64,000 nucleotides of DNA from Methanomassiliicoccaceae archaeon (GCA_963728405.1 CAVSJV010000003.1:192001-256000); one strand, 5' to 3'; positions 41,216 through 51,091 are shown, numbered from the stretch's first letter. Notes: generated from the letters alone by a model not told the origin. Program-made: numbers and translations.

Positions 41216-43957
41216 ATGGCATTCGAACTTCTGGACAAGAGGATTCAGCAGGTCCTCCGGGACAAGAACATCCACGAGCCTACCGGCCCCCAAAAAGAGG
41301 CCATCCCTCACATCTTGAAGGGCGAGCATCTTCTGCTGGTGGCACACACCGGAATTGGTAAGACCGAAGCGGCCATGCTGCCCATCTTCCAGCACCTGCT
41401 GGAGACGCCGGGAAAGGGGATCAAGTGCATCTACATCACCCCGCTCCGGGCATTGAACCGGGACATGCTGAAGCGGCTCACCGAGTTCGGCGAGGCCCTG
41501 GAACTGGAGGTGGCGGTGCGCCATGGTGATACCACTCAGGCCGAGCGGCAACATCAGTCCAAGAACCCTCCCGATGTGCTGATCACTACCCCGGAGACGG
41601 TGCAGGTGTTGTTCACCGGCAAGAGGCTGCGGGAGCACCTGTCAAGGGTCCGTTGGGTGGTCATCGACGAGATACACGAGCTTGCCAACAACGAGCGGGG
41701 AGCGCAGCTGTCGGTGGCCTTGGAACGCCTGACCGAGCTGTCCGGCGAGTTCCAGCGCATCGGCCTTTCGGCCACGGTCGGCTCGATCGATGAGGTCGCC
41801 CATTACCTGGGCGGGGCGAAGCGAGAGGTGCGCACCGTCCGCGCCCAGGTCTCCAAGGACCTGGCGGTGACGATCCAATCCCCCGAGGTCCTGGAATCCG
41901 ATCGGGACCTGGCCGGCACGTTGCAGAGCGACCCCCACCTGGTAGCAGGGATGCGTCGGTGCAAGAAACTCATCGAAGATCACCGCTCCACCCTGCTGTT
42001 CGTGAACACCAGGGACACCGCCGAGGCGCTGGCGGCCCGTTACCGCGTCTGGGACGAAGGGTTCAAGGTGGGAGTGCATCACGGTTCGCTGTCCAAGGAT
42101 ATTCGCATCGAGATGGAGGAGGAGTTCAAGCAGGAGCGTCTGAAGGGCCTGATCTGCACGTCGTCCCTCGAGCTGGGCATCGACATCGGCTCGGTCGATT
42201 TTGCCATCCAGTATAACTCGCCGCGGCAGGTGGCCCGGTTGATCCAGAGGATGGGGCGGGCCGGACATTCGGTCGGAGAGCGTTCGGAGGGCGCCATCGT
42301 CGCCTCCAACCCGGATGAGATCGCCGAAAGCCTGGTCATCGCCCGTAAGGCCATGAAGGGCGAACTAGAGGACCTCTGGGTCAGGGAAAACCCCATGGCG
42401 GTGCTCGCCAACCAGTTGGTGGCCATGGCCATGGTCGGGCAGGTGGAGAAGGAGTGGGCCTATCAGGTCATCAGGCGCTCCTATCCGTTCCGGAACCTCT
42501 CCCGCGATGGTTTTCACGGAGTTCTAGAACAGCTTGTCCGCATCGGACTGCTGTTCGACAACGAGCAGAAATATCGCCGCAGCAGCCGAGGCATGCGCTA
42601 CTTCTACGATAATCTGTCCATGATACCCGACGAGCGCACCTACCTCATCCGGGATATCGGCTCGAGACGGATCGTCGGCTCGCTGGATGAATCGTTCGTC
42701 GTGTCCTTCGCCGAACCGTACGCAGCATTCATCACCCACGGGAAGACCTGGAGGATCGTCGAGGTCAGGGAGGACGAGCTGCTGGTGGAACAGATCCGGG
42801 AGATCGGCTCTATCCCATCGTGGGTAGGCGAGGACATCCCTGTCCCCTTCGAGGTCGCCCAGGAGGTCGGCAGGCTCCGGCGGGAGGAGAACTATTCCGA
42901 CTACGCCGGGGACCACGACGCGGTCCGCGAGCTCAGGAAGTACTTTGAGGACCAGCGGAAGGACGGCGCTATACCGTCGGATAGATTGGTCACTCTGGAG
43001 ATGGGTAAGAGGCTTGCCATCCTCAACATGTGCTTCGGGACCAAGATCAACGAGACGGTCTCGAAGATCCTGTCCGTGCTGCTGTCTGCCCGCCTGGGCG
43101 AGAGTGTCGGGGTGCATACTGACCCCTACCGCATCGTCATCGAGCTGCCCCGGGACATCAACCCCCAGATGATAATGGATACTCTAAAATCGATTCGGTC
43201 CGACGGAGTGGAGAGCCTCATCCGGCTGGTGCTCAAATCATCCTCCTACCTTCGATACCGGTTCGTCTATGTGGCCAAGAAGTTCGGCGCGATCGAGAAG
43301 GATGCCGACTATCGGCAGGTGAACTTCACTAGGCTGGCGGAAGCGTTCGAGGACACCCCTCTGTTCGAGGAGGCGGTCAAGCGCGTGCTGTGGGAGGATT
43401 TCGACATCGAGGGGACGGTCGCCGCCATGAGGCGCATCGAGGCGGGGGAGATCTCCTTCCAAGTCATGGGCCTCACCGCCATCGGGAGGGCCGGATTACA
43501 GCATTCCAGGGAGCTTATCATGCCCCAACGGGCCGACCACAGCATCCTGATGGCGCTGAAGAATCGCCTGGAGGTGGAGACGATGAACATGTCCTGCCTC
43601 AGCTGCCAGGCCCAATGGAGGATGAAGCCCAAGGATGCTCCCGATCGAATCACTTGTCCCAAGTGCGGTGGGCAGATGATCGCTGCCCTCCTGCCGTATA
43701 ACCGGGAGGACATCGGGCTGCTGAAGAAGGCCAAGCCCACCGAAGATGAGACCAAGAACATCAGGAGGATGTTCAAGAACGCCAGCCTGATCAAGGAGCA
43801 CGGGAAGCGGGCCATGATGACCTTGGCCGGACGGGGCATCGGCCCAGACACGGCGACCCGGGTGCTCTCTTCATTCTATGATGGAGAGGACGAGTTCCTG
43901 CGGGACATATTGAGCGCCGAGCTTACCTATGCCCGGACGAAGCGGTTCTGGGACTGA
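41216..43957 (+). CDS. lhr: Lhr-family SF2 helicase
   Basis: HTGIGKT, DEIH, SAT, HHGSLS, LELGIDIG, QRMGRAGH; C-terminal CLSC/CPKC zinc motif. Confidence 0.92.
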   Translation: MAFELLDKRIQQVLRDKNIHEPTGPQKEAIPHILKGEHLLLVAHTGIGKTEAAMLPIFQHLLETPGKGIKCIYITPLRALNRDMLKRLTEFGEALELEVAVRHGDTTQAERQHQSKNPPDVLITTPETVQVLFTGKRLREHLSRVRWVVIDEIHELANNERGAQLSVALERLTELSGEFQRIGLSATVGSIDEVAHYLGGAKREVRTVRAQVSKDLAVTIQSPEVLESDRDLAGTLQSDPHLVAGMRRCKKLIEDHRSTLLFVNTRDTAEALAARYRVWDEGFKVGVHHGSLSKDIRIEMEEEFKQERLKGLICTSSLELGIDIGSVDFAIQYNSPRQVARLIQRMGRAGHSVGERSEGAIVASNPDEIAESLVIARKAMKGELEDLWVRENPMAVLANQLVAMAMVGQVEKEWAYQVIRRSYPFRNLSRDGFHGVLEQLVRIGLLFDNEQKYRRSSRGMRYFYDNLSMIPDERTYLIRDIGSRRIVGSLDESFVVSFAEPYAAFITHGKTWRIVEVREDELLVEQIREIGSIPSWVGEDIPVPFEVAQEVGRLRREENYSDYAGDHDAVRELRKYFEDQRKDGAIPSDRLVTLEMGKRLAILNMCFGTKINETVSKILSVLLSARLGESVGVHTDPYRIVIELPRDINPQMIMDTLKSIRSDGVESLIRLVLKSSSYLRYRFVYVAKKFGAIEKDADYRQVNFTRLAEAFEDTPLFEEAVKRVLWEDFDIEGTVAAMRRIEAGEISFQVMGLTAIGRAGLQHSRELIMPQRADHSILMALKNRLEVETMNMSCLSCQAQWRMKPKDAPDRITCPKCGGQMIAALLPYNREDIGLLKKAKPTEDETKNIRRMFKNASLIKEHGKRAMMTLAGRGIGPDTATRVLSSFYDGEDEFLRDILSAELTYARTKRFWD

Positions 43958-44581
43958 TCAAGCTCGTCGGAATGGATTCCTGACCGTTCCGACGCCGAAA
44001 ACCTTCGCCTCTACCATGTCGCCATCGTTCAAAGGGCTCACTCCTTCCGGTGTCCCGGTGGCGATGATGTCGCCTTCCTCCAACGTCATATAATTGGAGA
44101 TGTAGGCGATCAACTGCTCCGGGGTGAAGATCATGTCCGAGGTGTTGCCCTTCTGCCTCACCGTACCGTTCACCCTGAGCTCGAGGTCAAGGTTGTGAAC
44201 GTCCTTCACGCTGGAGATGGGCACCGGTTCGGACATGGGCGCGAAGGTGTCCATTCCTTTTGCCAGGGACCAGGGATTCCCTACGTTCCGAGCGTTGCCC
44301 TGAAGTTCCCTCGCGGTCACGTCGTTGAACACCGCCAGGTGCGAAATGAAACCTAGCGCCTCCGACTCTGCCACCCGCTTGGCCTTCCGCCCGATGATCA
44401 GGGCGAGTTCGACCTCATGGTCGACCCTTCCGACATTGCCGGCCTCGATGACCTCGTCGTCGCCGATGAGCGCGGATGCCGGTTTCAAGAAAAGGATCGG
44501 TTCCTTGGGCGGCTCGGAGTTCATCTCCTTGGCATGGGCCCGGTAGTTCTGGCCGATGCAGACGATCTTGCCGCACCTCAT
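43958..44581 (-). CDS. Fumarylacetoacetate hydrolase family protein
   Basis: KIVCIGQNY..H, FLKP, HEVEL, NDVTAR, TGTPEGV. Confidence 0.92.
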   Translation of the reverse strand: MRCGKIVCIGQNYRAHAKEMNSEPPKEPILFLKPASALIGDDEVIEAGNVGRVDHEVELALIIGRKAKRVAESEALGFISHLAVFNDVTARELQGNARNVGNPWSLAKGMDTFAPMSEPVPISSVKDVHNLDLELRVNGTVRQKGNTSDMIFTPEQLIAYISNYMTLEEGDIIATGTPEGVSPLNDGDMVEAKVFGVGTVRNPFRRA

Positions 44582-44590
44582 AGAGCGGCC

Positions 44591-44824
44591 TCAGAGATAG
44601 TCGCTGACCGTCTGGAGCTTGAACAGCACCTGTTTCCCTTTGAGAGTAAGGTGGACCTTATCGGCAAGGTAGATGGCGTCCTCCACGGTGGCCTTGCTTC
44701 CCCACCGATAGATGAAGTCGTAACTTCCCGTAGTAGGTTCGAACCCCAGTCCGTGCAGGGCGTCCATGACCTCGGACGGGCGGGAACCTTCAGTGCTGAA
44801 AGTAACGGTGAGATAAGTGATCAT
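44591..44824 (-). CDS. Small hypothetical protein
   Basis: MITYLTVTFSTEGSRPSEV..GSYDFIYRW..; host-like codon usage; co-oriented with the FAH gene. Confidence 0.65.
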   Translation of the reverse strand: MITYLTVTFSTEGSRPSEVMDALHGLGFEPTTGSYDFIYRWGSKATVEDAIYLADKVHLTLKGKQVLFKLQTVSDYL

Positions 44825-45033
44825 CGGACCATGAATAGGGTAGGGCAATTTATAACCTTATTCCCACCCCTTCCAGATGTACGCTGCTTGTCGATCCGAA
44901 TGTTATGGAGAGAAAAGAAAGGTGGGAGCGGCGGAGGAAAAATGATGAATCGGATGGGTTCTGATTGGGGGGTTCTCCGCTCCCTAAATATTGTACCGGC
45001 AAAGTGAGTATATAATTGACGACCGTCAGACAA

Positions 45034-45726
45034 TCAGTTTTGATTTTTGCATTCGTTAGCTAGCTGCACATTTTCATTAACATTCGTCGTGAGCGCAGCC
45101 TTCGAGACCTCTTTCTCGGGCGATCCCCTGAACCCTTTGGCAATGATGTAGATCTCGGAGCTGCACGAACGGGAGGCCTTGGGAGCATGAAGACGCACCG
45201 AGCTGAAGCTCTTGCGGACCTCGTCCAGGAAATCGTTGATCATGTCCCCTTCGAACATCTTCATGACCAGCGACCCTCGCGGTTTGAGAGCTTGTCGGGC
45301 AAAATTGAGAGCGTGGGTGCATAGATCGACCGAACGGGCGTGGTCCATGGAGTAGCTGCCGCTAATGTTCGGGGACATGTCCGATATGACCACATCGGCC
45401 TTCCCTCCCAGCAGTTCTTTCAGCTCCTCCACCGTCTCCGGTTTGGTGATATCTCCACGGATGGTCTCGATGTTTGGCAGCGGGTCGATGTGCTGGAGGT
45501 CCACTCCGACCACTTTCCCTTCGGGGCCGACCCTCTCCTTTGCTATTTGCAGCCACCCTCCCGGCGCCGCGCCCAGATCGACCACTGCGCTGCCTTCCCG
45601 GAAGATGCCGAACTTCTCATCTATCTGGTGCAGCTTGAACGAGGCCCGCGAGCGGTAGTGGAGCTCCTTGGCCTTCTTGTAATAGAAGTCGGCTCTCCTC
45701 TCGTTAAGCCAGCGCTTGCTCATCAT
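45034..45726 (-). CDS. rlmE: 23S rRNA Um2552 methyltransferase
   Basis: YRSRASFKL, DLGAAPGGW, SDMSPN, PKASR.SSEIY. Confidence 0.93.
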   Translation of the reverse strand: MMSKRWLNERRADFYYKKAKELHYRSRASFKLHQIDEKFGIFREGSAVVDLGAAPGGWLQIAKERVGPEGKVVGVDLQHIDPLPNIETIRGDITKPETVEELKELLGGKADVVISDMSPNISGSYSMDHARSVDLCTHALNFARQALKPRGSLVMKMFEGDMINDFLDEVRKSFSSVRLHAPKASRSCSSEIYIIAKGFRGSPEKEVSKAALTTNVNENVQLANECKNQN

Positions 45727-45788
45727 TCTCGCTATTCCGGCCTCGGCCTTAAAGGTTATGGATTGGAAGACCGCAAAATGGCCCGACA

Positions 45789-46340
45789 TCAGGCATATTG
45801 TCCATTGAACACTATCCTCACTGGCCTGACAGTCCTCCGGCACCTCGAAGCCCACGGTCAGGGTGGCCGATCCCCCGTTGGTGCTCAGGTTCGGCATATC
45901 GGCCGTGGCATACTCGGAATGATCATGGTACGAACCATCATCCCCCAGCAGCAGGAAGTCCGATGGTTCCAGGGCCACGTCCCCGCCGGCCTCATTGGTC
46001 ATGGTAACGGTCACCTGGATATACCGGTTGCCGGAATCTGCGGGCAGGGTCCCTTCGGCCGGGTCGACCGTGTTGACCATGGATAGTGTCACGCCGCCGT
46101 CGGTAGAGCGGTCCTGTCCATTCCATAACGCCAACGCCCCCATCGCGATCACCGCCACCAGGACCACTGCCATAATAGCAATGAGCAGGAGGGTCCTGGA
46201 CTTGCGGGCGACTTGGGCCCAGTGTAAGGCGGAGGCGCCGTTACGGCCCCTTCGGACGCGCTGCCGACCCTCGCTCCGCAGCCTGGGCAATACGGGCTCC
46301 CGGGTTCGAGGGGAGTTCCGCATTTTTGACAATAGGTCAT
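45789..46340 (-). CDS. Zinc-ribbon, TM, DUF4352-like protein (frameshifts near 46220 and 45825)
   Basis: YCQKCG..YCPGCG; TM helix; YIQVTVTMTN..PSDFLL..VGFEVP; alternative frame ends PVRIVFNGQYA*. Confidence 0.65.
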
Positions 46341-46449
46341 CGGGTTCCCTCACCGGAAATCACGTCGCCCGTTCGTACAAAAGGGTTGTGGCCGCCTAGG
46401 TCGGCGGGAAAAAGCTTGAAGTAAAGGAACGATTACCGTAACGGTCAGC

Positions 46450-47481
46450 ATGTCCTGCAGCCGAAAGCCCTTGACGTACGCCCAAGCGGGAGTGAACATC
46501 GATGCCAAGTCCCAGGCCATCGAGGCCCTGGTCAAGCAGCTTACCTTCCGCCGGTCGGGAAAGGTCAAGATGATCGACCTTCCCGGGCAGTTCACCGGAT
46601 TGATAGACTTCGGCGAGATGGCCCTGACCCTCTGCACCGACGGGGTGGGCACCAAGTTGCTCATCGCCAAGGCCATGAACAAATGGGACACCGTGGGGAT
46701 CGACTGCGTGGCCATGAACGTCAACGACACCATCTGCGTGGGGGCCGAACCCATCTCCTTCGTCGACTATCTGGCCATCGATGTGCCTGACCCGGCGCTG
46801 ATGGAGAAGATCGGCATCGGGCTGAACAAGGGGTGCGAGCTGGCCAACTGCGATCTGGTGGGCGGCGAGGTCGCTGTACTTCCAGAGATCATGAAGGAGA
46901 TCGACCTGTCCGGCAGCTGCTTGGGCATGGTGCGTAAGGACCGCATCATAGACGGCTCCAAGGTAGCGCCGGGCGACATGGTGGTCGGTCTGCCCTCAAC
47001 GGGTGTGCATTCCAACGGCCTCACCCTGGCCCGCAAGGTGCTGGAGAACAACGAGGTGGACCTGGACGAGAAGTTCCCCAAGCTCGGGGGGACCATTGGC
47101 ATGGAGCTCCTGACCCCCACCGAGATCTACGTCCGCAAGGTGCTGGAGATAGTAAGCAAGTGCCAGGTGCATGGCATGATCGACGTTACCGGCGGCGGGC
47201 TGCGCAACTTCCTGCGCCTCCGGAAGGGCATCAGCATCTCCATCGACCAACCCATGCCCGTGCCACCGGTGTTCAATGTGCTCACCGACATGGGCTCGGT
47301 GGAAGTGGAGGAAGCCTATCAGACCTTCAACATGGGCCTGGGGTTCGCCCTGGTGTGCCCGGAAGAAGAGGCCAAGAAGGCGGTGGCCATCTACGGGGAG
47401 GGCGCCAAGATCGTGGGCCGCGTTCTGGCTGGAGATGGCGTGGTCGTTCCCTCTTTGGGGCTCAGATACGAGAAGTACTGA
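46450..47481 (+). CDS. purM: Phosphoribosylformylglycinamidine cyclo-ligase (AIR synthetase)
   Basis: TYAQAGVNI, TDGVGTK, GIDCVAMNVND, GVHSNG, TFNMGLG. Confidence 0.95.
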   Translation: MSCSRKPLTYAQAGVNIDAKSQAIEALVKQLTFRRSGKVKMIDLPGQFTGLIDFGEMALTLCTDGVGTKLLIAKAMNKWDTVGIDCVAMNVNDTICVGAEPISFVDYLAIDVPDPALMEKIGIGLNKGCELANCDLVGGEVAVLPEIMKEIDLSGSCLGMVRKDRIIDGSKVAPGDMVVGLPSTGVHSNGLTLARKVLENNEVDLDEKFPKLGGTIGMELLTPTEIYVRKVLEIVSKCQVHGMIDVTGGGLRNFLRLRKGISISIDQPMPVPPVFNVLTDMGSVEVEEAYQTFNMGLGFALVCPEEEAKKAVAIYGEGAKIVGRVLAGDGVVVPSLGLRYEKY

Positions 47482-47509
47482 CCCATACAAGGACCCCTGC
47501 TGCCCGGGG

Positions 47510-49186
47510 TCAGCCCTTCCTCTTCATGTGGGGGACGGTGAACACTCCCTCATAAACGAGATTTCCGTCACTGAACTTGGTCCCGATCATGCCCTCCTTC
47601 CACAGCGCCTCCAGGACCGCGATGAGCTTGATCTCCTCGATGCTGGTGAGGTTAGCCAATGCCGAGAAAGAAAGGTTCTGCTTGTTGAGCTCGCGGAGCA
47701 CCCGCTTCTTGTAGTCGGCCATGATCACATCGGGTACATCTCTCGTCTCCGGCCGATTCCTGGTGACGAACAGGACCGCCAGTATGATCAGGACTATGAG
47801 CACGAAGAAGGTCGGCCATTCGATGGAACTCTCGCTCTTGAGCGTCTCCACCTGACCGGCCACCCTGATCTCATGCTCACCGTCGACAAGCCCTGATGCG
47901 GTGAACCTCACCTCCTTGCTCTCTCCTGGACCCAAATCCACGATCTGGGCATCGATGGGCCTACCATCGATGAACAAGGTGACTACGTAACTTCCGGCGG
48001 CTGCCCCCTCGTTGGTGATGAACACAGCGACCAAGACCGACTCCCCTCGGCTGGAGAACAGGACTATGGGCCACCACCTCTGGTCCAGAACGGGCGTCAC
48101 CACAAGTCCCCCAGCGGTCATGAATGCCTCGAGGTCGCCGGTACTGCCGATGGGGCTGGCCAGGACAGCGAAGGTACCGGTGCTCCCGATGAAGCCCCGG
48201 GCCTCCCAGGAGGTCAGCGCCCCGGCCGGCCCAGGCAGCCGGGACCAGTTGCCTTGGGTGGTGAGCATGTGGATGCCTTCGATCTCCTGACCGGCGGGAA
48301 GATCGGAGGAGCTTACTCCCAGGGACAGACCGGCCTGAGGAGAAACGTACACATCGGCCGGGGTGGTGTCGTCGAGGTACCCTTTCAGTTCGTAGGCCTG
48401 CCCCACTATGCTCATCCCCTCCGGGAAAGCCGGAAGTAAGGAATCCACCTCGGTCAAGATGAGATGACTGGGGACCAGCCCGTCCTTCGTCAAGATTGTA
48501 GCGCCCTGGGCGACCGAGAGGCGATGCAGGCCCTGTGGATCGGTGGCCTCGAAGCTCTGCTGGACCACCCCCGTGGAGTTGACGGCCGCCACCGTCTCCT
48601 TGCCCAGTATGTCGATGATGATGAAATGATAGGTCTCCCCGGATGGAGGGATCTCGGCCAGCAGGTAATTGATGGTGAATGACAACCCATCGCCCTGGGC
48701 ATCGTTCTGGGGATTTCCGTTATCCACGAACTCCCAGTTCCAGTGTGTCACCACCGAAGACCCCGACGGCAACGGTCCAACGGTCAGCTGTTTGCCGCCC
48801 GACGGATAGCTGGGGAACTCATATATGGTGGTCGGGAAGATGAGCGTGGTCTGTAGGTCCTCGGCCGCAAGGGTGAGCCGCAGGTACTTGCTGAGGGCGG
48901 CCCCGTCCTCCCCGTGGTCCGTCTCCACGATGTCACTTAGCCACAGCGTCAGATAGGCCGTGGTAGGACCGGCGTTCCGGATCTCGACCTCCTTGGTACC
49001 GCTGTCGCCTGGCTGGATGGCCCCCATGGTCCAGGCCACGCTGCCCTGTCCTCCCAGGACGAGATCTTCCGGACCATCGTCGGCGCCGCGGACCGGGGAC
49101 GGTAGGGCGGACACCAGCATGAGGATGATTAGGACGAGGACGACCGTACGTCCGTGCCTAGGCTCCGCCCTGATCAGGCGTAGTAT
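47510..49186 (-). CDS. Membrane-anchored surface protein: signal peptide, TasA-like domain, CARDB-like domain, TM helix, cytoplasmic winged-HTH-like tail
   Basis: QPGDSGTKEVEIRNAG..NDAQGDGLSFTINY; GESV.V...ITNEG..GSY..L.PGES; WPTFFVLIVLIILAVLFV; tail VLRELNKQNLSFSALANLT..LEALWKEGMI; start uncertain. Confidence 0.75.
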   Translation of the reverse strand: MLRLIRAEPRHGRTVVLVLIILMLVSALPSPVRGADDGPEDLVLGGQGSVAWTMGAIQPGDSGTKEVEIRNAGPTTAYLTLWLSDIVETDHGEDGAALSKYLRLTLAAEDLQTTLIFPTTIYEFPSYPSGGKQLTVGPLPSGSSVVTHWNWEFVDNGNPQNDAQGDGLSFTINYLLAEIPPSGETYHFIIIDILGKETVAAVNSTGVVQQSFEATDPQGLHRLSVAQGATILTKDGLVPSHLILTEVDSLLPAFPEGMSIVGQAYELKGYLDDTTPADVYVSPQAGLSLGVSSSDLPAGQEIEGIHMLTTQGNWSRLPGPAGALTSWEARGFIGSTGTFAVLASPIGSTGDLEAFMTAGGLVVTPVLDQRWWPIVLFSSRGESVLVAVFITNEGAAAGSYVVTLFIDGRPIDAQIVDLGPGESKEVRFTASGLVDGEHEIRVAGQVETLKSESSIEWPTFFVLIVLIILAVLFVTRNRPETRDVPDVIMADYKKRVLRELNKQNLSFSALANLTSIEEIKLIAVLEALWKEGMIGTKFSDGNLVYEGVFTVPHMKRKG

Positions 49187-50526
49187 ATCCTCACCTCTTG
49201 GAGCGTTGGAGTGTTGGCGGAATTTGTGGTACCGAGGACCGCCCGCCATTGGACATATCTTCCGCTCAGTCCGCTCAAAGAGGCCGAAGTTCCCGCCCCC
49301 AGCGCTTGCCATGGAGCAGCGGTCAGGCCGGCCATGGTATCAGCGGCACGCAGCTCCAACGTCAATCCAGTTGACGCAGCCAAGGTCCGGTCCCAGAACG
49401 CATAGTCCAACTTTGTGCTCGAGACCCCTGTGTCCAGGACCGTGGAGGTGACCGTACCCGTGGTGGCGTAGCCGACCTTGATAACCGGTACGTAGACAAG
49501 ACAGCCGCCCGCGTTCACCGCGGTCGGGAGGCTCGACCGAGCGGTCCAGCTATCGGTTGTGATGGCATACTGGGAGAAGGCGGTCTGGGAACCACCGGCC
49601 AACGCATAGATGGCGTTGGAACCGTCGAAAGCCAGGCCGCCGCCGGCGCCTACCGTGGTCGGTTCGCTTCCCCTGGTCGTCCATGAGTTGCTGGCGACCG
49701 TGTACATGGAGAACTTGTTCCGGCCGTTGCCATTGGTCTCGTACATCGTCCCCGTCGGCCCCAACACCAGCTCGGCACCGGCACCGATGTTCCAGGGGAC
49801 CTTGGCCATGGTCGTCCAGGTGGAGGTGGCGATGGTGTACCTCCAGAAAGTCTTGGTCGTATCTCCTCTAGTGACGTAAAGGGACCCGCTGCTGAGGGCC
49901 AAGGATGCTCCCGTCCCGACCTGCGAGGGAGTCTGCGCCACAGTGGTCCAGCCCGAGGTAACGGGGTCGAACCTCCAAATATTCCTTCCCCCGGCGCCCT
50001 GTAGCACGTACAGGCGGCTACCGTCCCAGGCCAGGCTTCCGCCGCTCCCCACCGGACCGGGGGTGGTGGCGACGATGGTCCAGGAGTTCAAGACGACATC
50101 ATAGCGCCCGATGTTGCTACCCCCTCCACCCTGGAGCGCATATACGTACCGCACCTGGTCGAAGGTTAGGGCCGCGCCGTCGCCCACGGTGAAGGGGATC
50201 GAAGTCATGGCGGACCAAGCGCCCGTCGTAAGATTGTAACGATAGAAGGTCCGGGAGTTTCCTCCTGCCAGAGCGTAAACGCCCGCGTCCTTGTAGGACG
50301 AGCCGAGGATGACGTTACCCGGGCTGGTGGAGGCGTCCGTCCTCACCAATGTGCTGGCCTGGAAGTCCGCGGCCGTGGTCTGGGTCCAGGTCCGAGGGAT
50401 CCACCCGGTGGCGGTGTTGCCGGCAGAGATCTCACTGTCAGTATAGACGCAGCCGATATCGCCCATGCCAATCATCAGGACCAGGAGGATGGCCGCGATC
50501 AGTATTCCATTGTTCGAAGGCCTCAC
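49174..50526 (-). CDS. Secreted six-bladed Kelch beta-propeller protein with SipW-type N-terminal motif
   Basis: Signal peptide then VYTDSEISAGNTATG; six repeats of YAL.GG....F.RY....W...P..VG.G; C-terminal GRYVQWR..TPTL.EV. Confidence 0.85.
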   Translation of the reverse strand: MRPSNNGILIAAILLVLMIGMGDIGCVYTDSEISAGNTATGWIPRTWTQTTAADFQASTLVRTDASTSPGNVILGSSYKDAGVYALAGGNSRTFYRYNLTTGAWSAMTSIPFTVGDGAALTFDQVRYVYALQGGGGSNIGRYDVVLNSWTIVATTPGPVGSGGSLAWDGSRLYVLQGAGGRNIWRFDPVTSGWTTVAQTPSQVGTGASLALSSGSLYVTRGDTTKTFWRYTIATSTWTTMAKVPWNIGAGAELVLGPTGTMYETNGNGRNKFSMYTVASNSWTTRGSEPTTVGAGGGLAFDGSNAIYALAGGSQTAFSQYAITTDSWTARSSLPTAVNAGGCLVYVPVIKVGYATTGTVTSTVLDTGVSSTKLDYAFWDRTLAASTGLTLELRAADTMAGLTAAPWQALGAGTSASLSGLSGRYVQWRAVLGTTNSANTPTLQEVRIYYA

Positions 50527-51029
50527 TTCCCAGCCTCCGAAGATGCTGTCCCCTCCTTATTCTTGACCGGTGGCTTCCCGCTGCCTAGGGCCAGGACCAG
50601 AAGGGCCACCAGTATGATCAAGGCCCAGCCGAAGGGGCCCTTAAGAAAATCGATGACATAGCCCAGGAGCGGGACGTTACCGCTCACCTTCCCCACGACG
50701 CTTTCAAAGGGGACGGGGGCAGGGTCCTGATGCTGGTTGGCATCACCCTTGGTGTAAATGGTAAGATTGGCTTTGTCCACCTCGACAATCCGGTGGCAGA
50801 CCAGGGTCCCGCCCTCCGCGTGGAAGCTGATGACGTCCCCTGCTTGAAGGTCCCCGGGCTCGCAGGGCGATGTCACTAGCAGGTCCCCTACACCGATCGC
50901 AGGGGCCATGCTTCCCGATTGCACGACGTCCAGTCGCCACCCGAACACCGGGGCCAGCACCCCGACCAGGGCCAAGGCTAGGAGTATGACCAGTATGGCC
51001 GTCCCTAGGTGGCTAGACCTGAGCTTCAC
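50523..51029 (-). CDS. sipW: Signal peptidase I, SipW/ER type
   Basis: VQSGSMAPAI..GDL, GDVISF, CHRI, TKGDAN..DP, VPLLGY. Confidence 0.92.
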   Translation of the reverse strand: MKLRSSHLGTAILVILLALALVGVLAPVFGWRLDVVQSGSMAPAIGVGDLLVTSPCEPGDLQAGDVISFHAEGGTLVCHRIVEVDKANLTIYTKGDANQHQDPAPVPFESVVGKVSGNVPLLGYVIDFLKGPFGWALIILVALLVLALGSGKPPVKNKEGTASSEAGK

Positions 51030-51060
51030 TATTCACCTCGTCAGGCTGGTAAAGATATTA

Positions 51061-51080
51061 GGCGGTCCTTGCGGACCGCC
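51061..51080. terminator. GC-rich hairpin just downstream of the tasA-like gene
   Basis: GGCGGTCC-TTGC-GGACCGCC perfect 8-bp inverted repeat. Confidence 0.5.
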
Positions 51081-51091
51081 GAACAGCCCGA

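Noticed and set aside
45034-46353. Apparent 439-aa fusion of a membrane DUF4352-like domain to RlmE
   Set aside because: One extra base near 45825 bypasses the natural end (PVRIVFNGQYA*, stop at 45789). RlmE has its own start at 45726/45723, so the fusion is an artefact.
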